DNA of 64,000 nucleotides from an uncultured Clostridia bacterium (GCA_948735595.1 CAPXSA010000012.1:446-64445), one strand, 5' to 3'. Positions 46,221 through 57,075 are shown, numbered from the stretch's first letter. Numbers and translations are program-made. Notes: a model not told the origin generated them from the letters alone.

Positions 46221-46865
46221 ATGAAAGTATTGAAAATGAAGCTATTTCAGGAAACTGCTTGCTATAAAAAGCCATTTGCCTATAAAGTAGCAGAGACATA
46301 TCCCCTTCCACCTTATTCTACAGTGATAGGAATGTTCCATAAAATATTACAAGCCAAAAATGGAGAATACTTTCCTATGGAAGTATCTGTACAAGGAAAA
46401 TATGAAAGCATTTTTTCAAATTATCAAACTCTAAGAATGTACAAGAAAAACAAAGTAACTTCTATGCCAAGAAATGTACATCAATTATTAAATGTAGAAT
46501 TAATCATTCATGTTCAAGCAGAAGATGAGATTATTGATAAAATTTACTATAATGTTACAAATGGAGTAGAAACCTTCACATTAGGTAGAAATGAAGATAT
46601 TGTTAGGTTAGATGACATCAAAATATGTCAGCAAATTCAAGAACAAGATGAAGAAATTTTACAATATAATGCCTATATTCCAAATGAAAATGCGGAAGTT
46701 AATGGAATTAAGTATCGCATTCCAACTACCTATACAGTTCAAAATGAATTGAGAATTTGGAACAAAGAAGATGTAAAATATGTAGAAAAGGGTAAAACAG
46801 TAGAAGAAGTATTACAAGACGAAGATGGAGATTTATTATTTTTAGCCAATAAAGAGAACTGTTAA
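46221..46865 (+). CDS. cas5: Cas5 (Cas5t-type)
   Basis: LKMKLFQETACYKKPFAYKVAETYPLPPYSTVIGM. Confidence 0.85.
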   Translation: MKVLKMKLFQETACYKKPFAYKVAETYPLPPYSTVIGMFHKILQAKNGEYFPMEVSVQGKYESIFSNYQTLRMYKKNKVTSMPRNVHQLLNVELIIHVQAEDEIIDKIYYNVTNGVETFTLGRNEDIVRLDDIKICQQIQEQDEEILQYNAYIPNENAEVNGIKYRIPTTYTVQNELRIWNKEDVKYVEKGKTVEEVLQDEDGDLLFLANKENC

Positions 46866-46887
46866 AAACATTTGTAGAATGTTGGAT

Positions 46888-46927
46888 AAAACTGCTTAAG
46901 TATTACAAAAAGTACTAAGCAGTTTTT
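46888..46927 (+). other. Strong hairpin between cas5 and cas3 (possible attenuator or processing site)
   Basis: AAAACTGCTTA (46888-46898) pairs with TAAGCAGTTTT (46916-46926), extended by 2-3 bp after a bulge. Confidence 0.5.
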
Positions 46928-46946
46928 AGTATAATAGGAGGTAAAT

Positions 46947-49115
46947 ATGATAACATCATACGCAAAATCTAAACCAGTAGAAACCATAACACAACATACA
47001 AAGGAAGTATTAAAGGAATTAGAAATATTAAAAAAGATATATGGTAAAAAAATAGTAAAAAATAAAATTGAAGATGAAGAACAATTTTGGCTTACCATTG
47101 AAATTGCCTGTAAATATCATGACTGTGGAAAATTTTTCACCCCATTTCAAAACGAAATACTAAGAAATTTAGGTCAAAAACCATTGCCAACAGAATTTGA
47201 CTATGCTATTAAACATGAGCAACTTTCACCATTATTTATACCAAAAGAAGTTTTAAAACAACTAGATAAAACTCACCAAAAGGTTTTATTGCAAGCAATT
47301 TATTATCACCATGAAAGAAATAGTACTATACCAGACGCAAGTGTCATAAAAGAAATATGGGAAAAAGACATTCTTCCAAGAATAGATGCGATAGAAACAG
47401 AATTTGGTTTTCCCATTGCAAAGCAAGCAAGCTATTTATATTTAGGCAAAGTGAAAAATAGGATTGATGAAGAAGATGAGAATTACTTAGAATACTGCTT
47501 AATTAAAGGAATTGTACATCGTTGTGACCATACGGGTTCAGCACATTTACCTATAGAAATAGAGGCCAAGTATAACTTGGGAGAACAAGTAGAAGAATTC
47601 GTCATTGAGAAATATGATAAAATCAATGATTTACAAGAATTTTGCAAAGAAAACAGAGAGAATAACATTCTAGGAATTGCCTCCACTGGATATGGAAAAA
47701 CAGAAGCGGCAGCTATTTGGGCAAATCAAGATAAAACCATTTACACCCTGCCATTTCGTATTAGTTTAAACGATATTTTTGACAGAATGAATCAAATGAT
47801 GGAACATCAAGATGTAGGCTTATTACACTCAACTGCTTTAGACTACATTTTAGACGAAGAACAGATACAATATCCTCAAGAATTATATGAGGATTCAAAA
47901 ATGATGAACGTAAAAATATTACTTTCCACCATTCATCAATTTTTCTATTTTGCACTAAAATATCAAGGGTATGAAAAAATATATTCTATGCTAAGCCATA
48001 CAAAGGTAATTATTGATGAAATACAGGCGTACCAACCTAAAGTAACAGCAATTATATTACAAGGTTTAAAAATGATAAATAAAATAGGTGGAAGATTTAT
48101 GATTATGACAGCAACACTTCCCGGAATTTATCAGGAGTATTTAGAAAAAGACCAAATACCTATAGCCACAAAGTGTTTTTACTCCAATAGAAATAGACAC
48201 AAAATAAAAATGGTAAATAAAAAAATTGAAAATGATATTGATGAAATGATTGAAAAAGCAAAGAATGGTAAAGTCTTAGTAATTGTAAATACTGTCGATA
48301 AAACAATTGAACTATATGAAAAATGCAAGGAAAAGGCAGAAGCAAAATTATTACACGCCAGATTTATTGAACAAGACAAAGCAAAACTAGAACAAGAAAT
48401 CAAACAATTTGCGAGAAGTGAGCAAAGTGGAATATGGATAAGCACACAAATTGTAGAAGCATCACTAGATATTGATTTTGATTATTTATATACAGAAATG
48501 TCTACTTTAGATAGCTTATTCCAAAGAATCGGTAGATGTTATCGTAGTCGAGAATATCAAAAGGAAGAGCCAAACATAAAAATCTATACAAAAGAACCTA
48601 GTGGCATTCAATATGTGTATGATAAGAGAATCAATGAACTGAGTACAGAAATGCTAAAAGACTATGATGGCCAAGTTTTAAAAGAAGAAGTAAAAGCAGA
48701 ACTTGTAAAAAAATTGTATTCAAGAGAAGTTCTACAAGGAACTAGTTATTTAGAGGAGTTTGAAGCTGCAGTTAATGTGTTGGAGAATATGAGAGAACAC
48801 TATTTGACAGAGAAAGAGGCTAAAGGACTTTTTAATGATATTAAAACAGTCACAGTAATTCCAAAGCAATTATATGAAGAAAATATTTCACTATTTGAAA
48901 GCTATGAGCAAGAGGAAAGTCATCAAAGAAAAAATGAGATATTAAAGCAAATTAGAAAGTTATGTATAAATATATCGGCAAGTCAAGCCAGAGGAAGAAT
49001 TACAGAGATTGGATATGGAATAAAGGGAATATTCTTTATTAACGCTAAATATGACAAAGAAAAAGGACTACTATTAAAAGAAAAAAATGAGGATTTTGAA
49101 GATAGAAGTTTTTAA
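46947..49115 (+). CDS. cas3: Cas3 HD nuclease-helicase
   Basis: HD motifs CKYHDCGK and IYYHHER. Helicase motif I ASTGYGKTEAA, motif II IIDEIQAY. Confidence 0.9.
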   Translation: MITSYAKSKPVETITQHTKEVLKELEILKKIYGKKIVKNKIEDEEQFWLTIEIACKYHDCGKFFTPFQNEILRNLGQKPLPTEFDYAIKHEQLSPLFIPKEVLKQLDKTHQKVLLQAIYYHHERNSTIPDASVIKEIWEKDILPRIDAIETEFGFPIAKQASYLYLGKVKNRIDEEDENYLEYCLIKGIVHRCDHTGSAHLPIEIEAKYNLGEQVEEFVIEKYDKINDLQEFCKENRENNILGIASTGYGKTEAAAIWANQDKTIYTLPFRISLNDIFDRMNQMMEHQDVGLLHSTALDYILDEEQIQYPQELYEDSKMMNVKILLSTIHQFFYFALKYQGYEKIYSMLSHTKVIIDEIQAYQPKVTAIILQGLKMINKIGGRFMIMTATLPGIYQEYLEKDQIPIATKCFYSNRNRHKIKMVNKKIENDIDEMIEKAKNGKVLVIVNTVDKTIELYEKCKEKAEAKLLHARFIEQDKAKLEQEIKQFARSEQSGIWISTQIVEASLDIDFDYLYTEMSTLDSLFQRIGRCYRSREYQKEEPNIKIYTKEPSGIQYVYDKRINELSTEMLKDYDGQVLKEEVKAELVKKLYSREVLQGTSYLEEFEAAVNVLENMREHYLTEKEAKGLFNDIKTVTVIPKQLYEENISLFESYEQEESHQRKNEILKQIRKLCINISASQARGRITEIGYGIKGIFFINAKYDKEKGLLLKEKNEDFEDRSF

Positions 49116-49128
49116 AAGGAGGTAAAAA

Positions 49129-49617
49129 ATGCAAATTACAGGAACAATGATTTACTACTATTTTATTTGTCATAGAAAACTATGGTATTTTGTCAATGAA
49201 ATTACTATGGAGCAAAATAGCGAATTAGTATCTATAGGAAAAGTTCTAGATGAGACAAGCTATCAAAGAGAGAAAAAGAGCATTTTGATAGATAATCAAA
49301 TTAACATTGATTTTATTCAAAATGGAGCAGTGCTGCATGAAGTGAAGAAAACAAAATCCATTGAGGAAGCGGGAGAATGGCAAATTAAATATTATATGTA
49401 TTACCTAGAAGAAAGAGGAGTAAAAGAAATTGAAGCAAAGGTAGATTATCCACTGTTAAAACAGACGAAAGAAGTATTTTTGACACAAGAAGATAGAGTG
49501 GTGCTAAAAAAAGCAGTTCAGGATATCGAACAAATATTAGAAAGTGAGAAAATACCTAAAAAATTAAACGAAAAAATATGTAAAAAATGTGCGTATTATG
49601 ATTTATGTTATATTTAG
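49129..49617 (+). CDS. cas4: Cas4 RecB-like exonuclease
   Basis: N-terminal Cys (YYFICHRKLWYF). C-terminal CKKCAYYDLC cluster. Confidence 0.85.
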   Translation: MQITGTMIYYYFICHRKLWYFVNEITMEQNSELVSIGKVLDETSYQREKKSILIDNQINIDFIQNGAVLHEVKKTKSIEEAGEWQIKYYMYYLEERGVKEIEAKVDYPLLKQTKEVFLTQEDRVVLKKAVQDIEQILESEKIPKKLNEKICKKCAYYDLCYI

Positions 49618-49627
49618 AGGAGGAAAT

Positions 49628-50620
49628 GTGAAACAATCATATTATTTATATAAAAGTGGTAGATTACAAAGAAAAGATAATACTTTGCAAATTGAGTATA
49701 AAGATGGAAATAAAAAGGTAATTCCAGTAGAAAGAGTAAATGATATTTATGTTATGACAGAATTTGACTTTAATACTAATTTACTGAATTTTCTCTCACA
49801 ATATGGAATATCAGTGCATTTTTTTAATTACTATGGCTTTTATACAGGAACCTATTATCCAAAAGAACAGTTAGTGTCGGGAAGGCTATTAGTCAAGCAA
49901 GTAGAAAACTATACTAATAAATCCAAGAGGATAAAAATAGCACAAAAATTTATTGATGCAGCTTCCTACAATATATTGAAAAATTTGAAGTATTATCAAA
50001 ATAGAGGAAAAGATTTAGAAGAATATATTAAGCAAATTGAGTCTTTAAGAAAATATATTGGCAGTTCTAAAGATGTGAAAGAACTAATGGGAATAGAAGG
50101 AAACATTAGAAAAGTATATTATGACTCTTGGACCACTATTATCAATCAAGATATTGAATTTGAAAAAAGAGTAAAAAATCCACCAGATAATGCCATTAAT
50201 TCTTTAATCTCTTATGTGAATACAATCGTATATACAAGGGTATTAACAGAAATATATAAGACACAGCTAAATCCAACAATTAGCTACCTACATGAGCCAT
50301 CAGAAAGAAGATTTTCTTTATGCCTAGATATTGCCGAAATATTCAAACCAATTTTAGCAGATAGATTAATTTTTTCTATGTTAAATAAAAAGCAAATTAC
50401 AGAGAAAGACTTTGAAGAAGGACTAAACTTTTTATACATCAAAGAAAATGCTAGAAAAGAGATAACGAAAGAAATGGACGCAAAATTACAAACAGTAATT
50501 AAACATAAAACATTGGGAAAAGAAGTTAGTTATGAATATTTAATAAGACTAGAAATATATAAGCTAATAAAGTATTTGCTCGAAGATGAAGAATATGAAG
50601 GGTTCAAAATATGGTGGTAA
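49628..50620 (+). CDS. cas1: Cas1 integrase
   Basis: GTG start after GAGGAGG. KSGRLQRKDNTL...NLLNFLSQYGISVHFFNYYG...MGIEGN... Confidence 0.9.
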   Translation: MKQSYYLYKSGRLQRKDNTLQIEYKDGNKKVIPVERVNDIYVMTEFDFNTNLLNFLSQYGISVHFFNYYGFYTGTYYPKEQLVSGRLLVKQVENYTNKSKRIKIAQKFIDAASYNILKNLKYYQNRGKDLEEYIKQIESLRKYIGSSKDVKELMGIEGNIRKVYYDSWTTIINQDIEFEKRVKNPPDNAINSLISYVNTIVYTRVLTEIYKTQLNPTISYLHEPSERRFSLCLDIAEIFKPILADRLIFSMLNKKQITEKDFEEGLNFLYIKENARKEITKEMDAKLQTVIKHKTLGKEVSYEYLIRLEIYKLIKYLLEDEEYEGFKIWW

Positions 50621-50621
50621 T

Positions 50622-50906
50622 ATGTATGTAATTTTAGTGTATGATATTAATTTAGAAGAAAAAGAAGGGCAGAAAGTGCTAAGAAATGTGTTTAAAACCT
50701 GCAAGAAATATTTAGTACATATTCAAAACTCTACTTTTGAAGGAGAACTGTTAGAATCTCAAGCATTGAAGTTAAACAAAGAACTCAATAAATACATACG
50801 TAAAGATAAAGACTCTATTATCATATTCAAAAGTAGAAATCAAAGGTGGCTTGATAAAGAATTTTGGGGAAAAGTAGAAGAAGATGAGACTTCTAATTTT
50901 TTATAG
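50622..50906 (+). CDS. cas2: Cas2
   Basis: MYVILVYDINLEEKEGQKVLRNVFKTCKKYLVHIQNSTFEGEL. Confidence 0.9.
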   Translation: MYVILVYDINLEEKEGQKVLRNVFKTCKKYLVHIQNSTFEGELLESQALKLNKELNKYIRKDKDSIIIFKSRNQRWLDKEFWGKVEEDETSNFL

Positions 50907-51093
50907 GCTTAAAAATTTTCGTCGACCTATGATAATGCAAAAATAGTGGGGGCGACGAAACAATGTAGTGCAGATGTATCAACTAATCTGGAGAATGAGT
51001 AGACTATTATGTGGTATGAATTTGTAAAAGATAGGTTACATCGACAAATTTGAGTGGTATAATAGTTGTAAATAGAGAGGTGTAAAGTCACCT
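50907..51093 (+). promoter_or_regulatory. CRISPR leader 1 with extended -10 (TGGTATAAT, TATAAT at 51058-51063)
   Basis: Shares TTCGTCGACCTATGATA(A/G)TGCAAAAA, GGTTACATCGAC and TGnTATAAT (31 nt before repeat 1) with leader 2. Confidence 0.7.
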
Positions 51094-51322
51094 TTTTTAA
51101 TTTAAGTATATTAGAATTTAAATTTAATAAACATTTTCATATTTTTTATAGCTTCTTTTTTTTAATTTAAGTATATTAGAATTTAAATTATTTTATCAAA
51201 AAATATCATAAAATCAAGAAAATATTTTTAATTTAAGTATATTAGAATTTAAAGTAGTTTTTACTTTCTGAAACATTGTGAATTGCACAATAATTTTAAT
51301 TTAAGTATATTAGAAAACTCAT
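51094..51322 (+). CRISPR. CRISPR array 1: four 30-nt repeats (last degenerate), three spacers of 35/36/38 nt
   Basis: Repeats TTTTTAATTTAAGTATATTAGAATTTAAAT at 51094, 51159 and 51225 (the third ends ...AAAG) and 51293 (diverges after about 24 nt). Confidence 0.9.
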
Positions 51323-51382
51323 TAACCATTTCCAACCAAACTGTATACAATATATCAAAATAAAGAATAAAGGAGGACAAAT

Positions 51383-52342
51383 ATGCTAGGAACAATAGGA
51401 AATACACCACTAATCAAAATTCAATACCAATATAAACAAAAAACAAGCTACATATATGCAAAATTAGAAAGCTATAACTTAACAGGAAGCATTAAAGATA
51501 GAACAGCTTATTACATCATCACAAAAGCCAAACAAAGGGAAATTCTAAAAGAAGGAATGCCCATTATAGAAGCAACAAGTGGCAACACTGGAATTTCGTT
51601 ATCAGCCTTAGGAAAATATTATCATCATCCAGTATATATTTTTATGCCCAATTGGGTAAGCAAGGAAAGAATGCAATTAATGAAAAGTTATGGGGCACAA
51701 GTCACCACATTTTCACATGAGCAGGGAGGCTTCAAAAGGTGTATCCAAGAAGCACAGAAATTAGCAAAAAGAATCAATGGTTTTCTAGCCAACCAATTTG
51801 CTAATCAAGATAATTTATTAGCACAATATGAAACAACAGGACAAGAAATTGTTAATCAATTGCCAGAAGATATTGATGGATTTGTGTCAGGAGTAGGAAC
51901 TGGTGGAACTCTTATGGGAATAGGAAAAAAGATAAGAAGAAGTTATCCGGAGGCAAAAGTGGTTGCCATTGAGCCAGATAGTATGCCACTCATTTCAAAA
52001 AATAGAGCCATCGCACCACACAAAATAGAAGGAATAGGAGATGATTTTATTCCTGCCTTAATTGACAAAAACGAAATAGATAAAGTCATTTTAATTCATG
52101 ATATGGACGCTATTAATATGTCAAGGAAGTTATCAGCTGACTTAGGACTAGGAGTTGGAATTTCCTCAGGAGCTAACCTTTTAGGTTGTATTCTATTACA
52201 AAGCGAAATGAAAACACCAGTTGTTACAGTATTTGCAGATGACAACAAAAAATATTTAAGCACAGACTTAAGCAAACCAATAGACGAAAACGAAAAATAT
52301 ATTTCAAATCAAGTAAAATTAATAACATATGAAGTATGCTAA
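51383..52342 (+). CDS. cysK: Cysteine synthase A (O-acetylserine sulfhydrylase)
   Basis: IGNTPLIKI...[11 protein letters not shown]...TSGNTGISL...[10 protein letters not shown]. Confidence 0.9.
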   Translation: MLGTIGNTPLIKIQYQYKQKTSYIYAKLESYNLTGSIKDRTAYYIITKAKQREILKEGMPIIEATSGNTGISLSALGKYYHHPVYIFMPNWVSKERMQLMKSYGAQVTTFSHEQGGFKRCIQEAQKLAKRINGFLANQFANQDNLLAQYETTGQEIVNQLPEDIDGFVSGVGTGGTLMGIGKKIRRSYPEAKVVAIEPDSMPLISKNRAIAPHKIEGIGDDFIPALIDKNEIDKVILIHDMDAINMSRKLSADLGLGVGISSGANLLGCILLQSEMKTPVVTVFADDNKKYLSTDLSKPIDENEKYISNQVKLITYEVC

Positions 52343-52398
52343 TCACACAAATAAGCTTCTCTCATAAGATATATAAAACTTATGAGAGGAGCATTTTT

Positions 52399-53640
52399 AT
52401 GGTACAAAGAAAAATAAAAGAAATATTTATTATTTTAGTATGTTTCAGCTTTTTATTTTATGTATTGCCAACTACATCTCAAGCATTTGACCCGTCAGAT
52501 GATGTCCTTTATGAAGGAATAGATGTCAGTAACTACCAAGGAGAAATTGATTTCAAAAAAGTAAAAGAAGCTGGTATTCAAGTAGTGTACATTAAAGCAA
52601 GTGAAGGTACCTATTACATAGATCCATATTTGGAAAGGAACTATCAAAAAGCAAAAGAAAATGGATTAAAAGTTGGGTTATATCATTATGTAGCTGCAAG
52701 AACAGAAGAAGCAGCTAAAAAGGAAGCAAAGTTCTTCGTGGCACGTGCCTCGGGAAAAGACATAGACTGCAAATTAGCAATGGATTTTGAAACATTTGGA
52801 AACTTAAATAAAGCAGAAATTAATCGAATAGGACTAACATTTTTAAGAGAAGTAGAAAGGCTAAGCGGAAAACAAGCAATTTTATATAGTAATGCATACA
52901 CAGCAAGTAATATATGGTCAGGTGAAAACACGAAATATCCTTTATGGGTAGCAGAATATGGAGCAGAGCGACCAAGCAATAGTGGTACTTGGAAGAGTTG
53001 GGCAGGGTGGCAATATGCTGACAATGGAAGAATAAATGGAATTAGGGGATATGTGGATAGAGATAAATTCACAAAAGAAGTATTCTTAGACGACAACTCT
53101 ACTATTCCACCAGTAGATCCGCCAGATGATGGAGGAGGAAATGAGCCAACACCAGAAAAAACAAAAAAGATTACCATTAAGTGGGGAGATACTTTATCAG
53201 AACTTGCTGTAAAATATAATACCACAGTATCAGAATTAGTTAAGCTAAATAATATTGCAAATCCAAATCTTATTTATGCAGGAAATACTTTAATCGTACC
53301 AGTAAAAAACACAGGAGGAAGTTCTGGAGGAATAGAAATATATACAGTACAAAAAGGAGATACCTTATCCCATATTGCACAAAGGTATAGTACAACAGTT
53401 GAGCAAATAGCTACAGATAATAATATTCAAAATATTCATTTAATTCATCCAGGACAAAAATTACAAATACGAACTAGTTGTTATGGGGACTGTGGACATA
53501 GGCTTTATACTGTCAGAAAAGGAGACACATTATGGAGTATTGCAAGAAGGTTTAACACAAGTATTGCAAACATAGTGAGGATAAATCACATCCAAAACCC
53601 AAGCAGAATTCATCCAGGGCAAATGTTTAGAATAAGGTAG
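52399..53640 (+). CDS. GH25 lysozyme/muramidase with three C-terminal LysM domains
   Basis: Signal/[32 protein letters not shown] (GH25). Three copies of Y(T)V.KGDTL..IA..Y/F.T. Confidence 0.85.
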   Translation: MVQRKIKEIFIILVCFSFLFYVLPTTSQAFDPSDDVLYEGIDVSNYQGEIDFKKVKEAGIQVVYIKASEGTYYIDPYLERNYQKAKENGLKVGLYHYVAARTEEAAKKEAKFFVARASGKDIDCKLAMDFETFGNLNKAEINRIGLTFLREVERLSGKQAILYSNAYTASNIWSGENTKYPLWVAEYGAERPSNSGTWKSWAGWQYADNGRINGIRGYVDRDKFTKEVFLDDNSTIPPVDPPDDGGGNEPTPEKTKKITIKWGDTLSELAVKYNTTVSELVKLNNIANPNLIYAGNTLIVPVKNTGGSSGGIEIYTVQKGDTLSHIAQRYSTTVEQIATDNNIQNIHLIHPGQKLQIRTSCYGDCGHRLYTVRKGDTLWSIARRFNTSIANIVRINHIQNPSRIHPGQMFRIR

Positions 53641-53703
53641 CACAAAATTATGTAACCTTTCATAAAATACAATATGATGAATTTAAAAGACTAGGAGGTA
53701 CTT

Positions 53704-54447
53704 ATGAAAGAAGTATTAAAACTAAAGAAAGTAAGCAAAAGGTACCAAGCGAAAAATGGAGAAGTAGAAGCTTTATCTAATATTAATTTCTCTGTTAAAG
53801 AAGGAGAATTTGTCAGCATTATAGGTCCAAGTGGATGTGGAAAATCAACACTCCTTTCCATTATTGCAGGATTAGAGCCAAAAACAGAAGGTGATATCCA
53901 AATAGATGGAAATACAGGATACATGCTTCAAAAGGACAGTTTATTAGAATGGAGAAGTATTTACGAAAATGTTTTATTTGGACTAGAAATAGGTCACAAA
54001 AAAACAAAGGAAAATGAAGCATATGTATTAGACTTACTAAAAAAATATGGACTTTATGAATTCAAAGACAAATATCCAACCCAACTTTCAGGAGGAATGA
54101 GGCAAAGAGCAGCACTTATTAGAACACTTGCTATCAAGCCGAATATACTATTATTAGACGAAGCCTTTTCCGCATTAGATTATCAAACTAGAATTATGGT
54201 TACCAATGATATCTTTCAAATATTGAAAAATGAAAATATAACAGCTGTCATAGTAACACATGACATATCAGAAGCAATTAGTATGTCAGACAGAGTAATA
54301 GTGCTATCGAAAAGACCAGCAACAGTTAAAAGCATACACAATATTGAATTTGAAATGGATAACAGAAATCCTATCAACTGTAGAGAAAGCCCTAAATTTA
54401 GCAAATACTTTGACACAATATGGAAGGAGCTAGATGTACATGCGTGA
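53704..54447 (+). CDS. ABC transporter ATP-binding protein (NitT/TauT family)
   Basis: Walker A GPSGCGKST, signature LSGGMRQR, Walker B LLLDEAFS. Confidence 0.9.
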   Translation: MKEVLKLKKVSKRYQAKNGEVEALSNINFSVKEGEFVSIIGPSGCGKSTLLSIIAGLEPKTEGDIQIDGNTGYMLQKDSLLEWRSIYENVLFGLEIGHKKTKENEAYVLDLLKKYGLYEFKDKYPTQLSGGMRQRAALIRTLAIKPNILLLDEAFSALDYQTRIMVTNDIFQILKNENITAVIVTHDISEAISMSDRVIVLSKRPATVKSIHNIEFEMDNRNPINCRESPKFSKYFDTIWKELDVHA

Positions 54448-55253
54448 AAAAAACATATCAGAAGATAGAAAAAAATACTTAAGAAAAGTAAAAAAAGGAA
54501 AAATAGCAGTAATTGTTACCCAATTACTCATTCTACTCCTATTTATAATAGGGTGGGAAATCCTTGCAAATCAAGGAATAATCGACAGTTTCATCACAAG
54601 CCAACCTTCTAGAATTTTAAACACATTTTTAAATTTATCATCCAATGGCTTATTAGAACATTTAGGAGTAACTTTAACCGAAACCTTAATTGGCTTTATT
54701 TCTGGTGTTCTCTTAGGAATTGCTATTGCCATTTGCCTATGGTGGTCCCCTTTTCTATCAAAGGTGTCAGAACCATATTTAGTAGTATTAAATAGCTTAC
54801 CAAAAGTAGCACTTGGTCCAGTTATTATTATCTGGGTAGGCGCAGGAATGGGAGCTATTATCACAATGGGGCTTGCAATTTCCTTAATTGTAACCGTGTT
54901 GGAAATTTTAAATGGCTTTTTAAATACAGACAAAGAACTAATCAAAATGGCGCAGACCTTTGGAGCAAGTAAACTCCAAACGTTAACGAAAATTGTTATT
55001 CCTGCTAATATTGCTACCTTTTTTAACTCATTAAAAGTTAATATTGGTTTATCTTTAGTAGGGGTAATTACAGGAGAATTCCTAGTATCTAAAGCAGGAC
55101 TTCGGATATTTGATTGTTTACGGTGGTCAGGTATTCCAACTAGACTTAGTTATGACAGGTGTGATTATTCTAGCCATTATGGCTGCCGTTATTTATGAAG
55201 CAATTATACTTCTAGAAAAATTTGTGATGAAGAAAATGTCAAAGAAAGGATGA
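54434..55253 (+). pseudogene. ABC transporter permease (NitT/TauT family) with an apparent +1 frameshift at 55103
   Basis: The track ORF ends in nonsense (...GLRIFDCLRWSG). Removing c55103 gives ...KAGLGYLIVYGGQVFQLDLVMTGVIILAIMAAVIYEAIILLEKFVMKKMSKKG*, ending in an ATGA overlap with the next gene. Confidence 0.8.
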
Positions 55254-56275
55254 AAAACTTGAAAAAATATTTAATTACTATTTTAGTTATTGCAGTAGTA
55301 GCAGTTGTAATGACTACTTGCATATTATTAAATAAAAAGGAAGAGACAGCAGAATTAAAAACAATTCGTGTAAACGAAGTAACACGTTCTGTATTCTATG
55401 CGCCACAATATGTAGCTATTAACAATGGTTACTTTGAAGAAGAGGGGCTAAAAATAGAATTAACAACTGGTCAAGGTGCTGACAAAGTAATGACAGCAGT
55501 TTTGGCAGGTCAAAGTGATATCGGGTTTGCCGGACCAGAAGCTTCTATTTATGTATATAACGAAGGAAAAGAAGACCATACACAAGTATTTGCACAAATG
55601 ACACAAAAAGATGGTTCTTTCTTAGTAAGCAAAGAAAAGACAGATAAATTTAGTTGGCAAGATTTAAAAGGAAAAACTGTTATCCCTGGAAGAAAGGGTG
55701 GAGTTCCTTATATGACTTTTGAATATGTACTTAAGAAAAATGGATTAAATCCACAAAAAGATTTAGTATTAGATGATAGTATCAAATTCGACTTAATGGC
55801 AGGAGCCTTTGCTGGTGGAGATGCAGAATATGTAACATTATTTGAACCAACAGCTTCCATGACAGAAGCAGCAGGAAAAGGTTATGTAGTAGCATCAGTA
55901 GGAGAAGCATCAGGAGAAATTCCATATACAGCCTATTTCGCAAAGAAAAGCTATATGGAGCAAAATCCGGAAGTTATCCAAGGATTTACAAATGCCATTT
56001 ATAAAGGGGAAAAATGGGTAAAAGAACATACAGCAGCAGAAATTGTAGAAGTAATTAAAGACTTTTTCCCAGATACAGATGTAAAAATGCTTGAAGCAGC
56101 TGTTCAAAGCTATATGGACATTGACGCTTGGAAAAGCGATCCTATTTTGAAAAAAGAATCTTTTGACTTACTTCAAACTGTTATGAAAGAAGCAGGAGAA
56201 TTAGAGAAAGAAGGAGACTATGACAAAATAGTGAACAATAGCTATGCAGAAAAGGCAATTAAAGAGGTAAAATAA
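55250..56275 (+). CDS. ABC transporter substrate-binding protein (NMT1/THI5-like)
   Basis: N-terminal anchor. ...RSVFYAPQYVAINNGYFEEEGL... Confidence 0.8.
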   Translation: MKNLKKYLITILVIAVVAVVMTTCILLNKKEETAELKTIRVNEVTRSVFYAPQYVAINNGYFEEEGLKIELTTGQGADKVMTAVLAGQSDIGFAGPEASIYVYNEGKEDHTQVFAQMTQKDGSFLVSKEKTDKFSWQDLKGKTVIPGRKGGVPYMTFEYVLKKNGLNPQKDLVLDDSIKFDLMAGAFAGGDAEYVTLFEPTASMTEAAGKGYVVASVGEASGEIPYTAYFAKKSYMEQNPEVIQGFTNAIYKGEKWVKEHTAAEIVEVIKDFFPDTDVKMLEAAVQSYMDIDAWKSDPILKKESFDLLQTVMKEAGELEKEGDYDKIVNNSYAEKAIKEVK

Positions 56276-56459
56276 AAAATTATAGTTCGTCGACCTATGA
56301 TAGTGCAAAAACACTGGGAGGTCGACGAATTTTTAAATGCTTTTATTGCAAGCTTTTTAGAAAAATGATAAAATTTTGATAATAAAAATATATAAAATTG
56401 GTTACATCGACGAAAATAAGTGATATAATTTAGAAAATACAAGGGGGTTGAAGGCACCT
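56276..56459 (+). promoter_or_regulatory. CRISPR leader 2 (duplicate of leader 1), TGATATAAT with TATAAT at 56424-56429
   Basis: Conserved blocks shared with 50907-51093. The -10 lies 31 nt before repeat 1 in both leaders. Confidence 0.7.
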
Positions 56460-57015
56460 GTTTTAATGTAAATATATTAGAATTTAAAGGACGGTATTTT
56501 AAACATAATACTACTACCTAAATACGTTTTAATGTAAATATATTAGAATTTAAAGACATTAATAACGACACATAAAATAAAACTAATAATGTTTTAATGT
56601 AAATATATTAGAATTTAAAGATAGATTAGACCAAATGCCAGGAAGGGTTATTACGTTTTAATGTAAATATATTAGAATTTAAAGTCAGATCTTATGACAG
56701 AGCATCGGATTTAATGTCGGTTTTAATGTAAATATATTAGAATTTAAAGGTAATTCAGCAAAGTAGCTTGGGAATAAGTGAAGAAGTTTTAATGTAAATA
56801 TATTAGAATTTAAATAATGGGAACGAAGAAATAGAACTAATAAAGTTTATTGCAATTTTAATGTAAATATATTAGAATTTAAATGCGATAAGCGTAATGA
56901 TTTGCCCTGGTGTTACTGCATTTTAATGTAAATATATTAGAATTTAAATATTTGTACGATTCCCCAACCTAGTAGTATCATTCCTATTTTAATTTAAACA
57001 AAGCTAAAATTATAC
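56460..57015 (+). CRISPR. CRISPR array 2: nine 30-nt repeats (last degenerate), eight spacers of 34-39 nt
   Basis: GTTTTAATGTAAATATATTAGAATTTAAAG at 56460, 56526, 56591, 56655 and 56720. Variants ending ...AAAT at 56786, 56855 and 56920 (the last two start with A). Degenerate copy at 56986. Confidence 0.95.
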
Positions 57016-57075
57016 AAGTTGTAAAATTAAGAGATTAATTGTACTTTCTAAATAAGCACAGTCAATCTCTTTTCA

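Noticed and set aside
49589-50621. Track start codons for cas1 (49589) and cas2 (50586)
   Set aside because: Both would overlap the preceding gene by 29-35 nt and add non-conserved residues. The GTG at 49628 (after GAGGAGG) and the ATG at 50622 give canonical Cas1 and Cas2 N-termini.
51124-56985. Self-targeting spacers against the two islands in this window
   Set aside because: I compared the 11 spacers by eye with the island sequences and found no match. This was not exhaustive and needs a real search.
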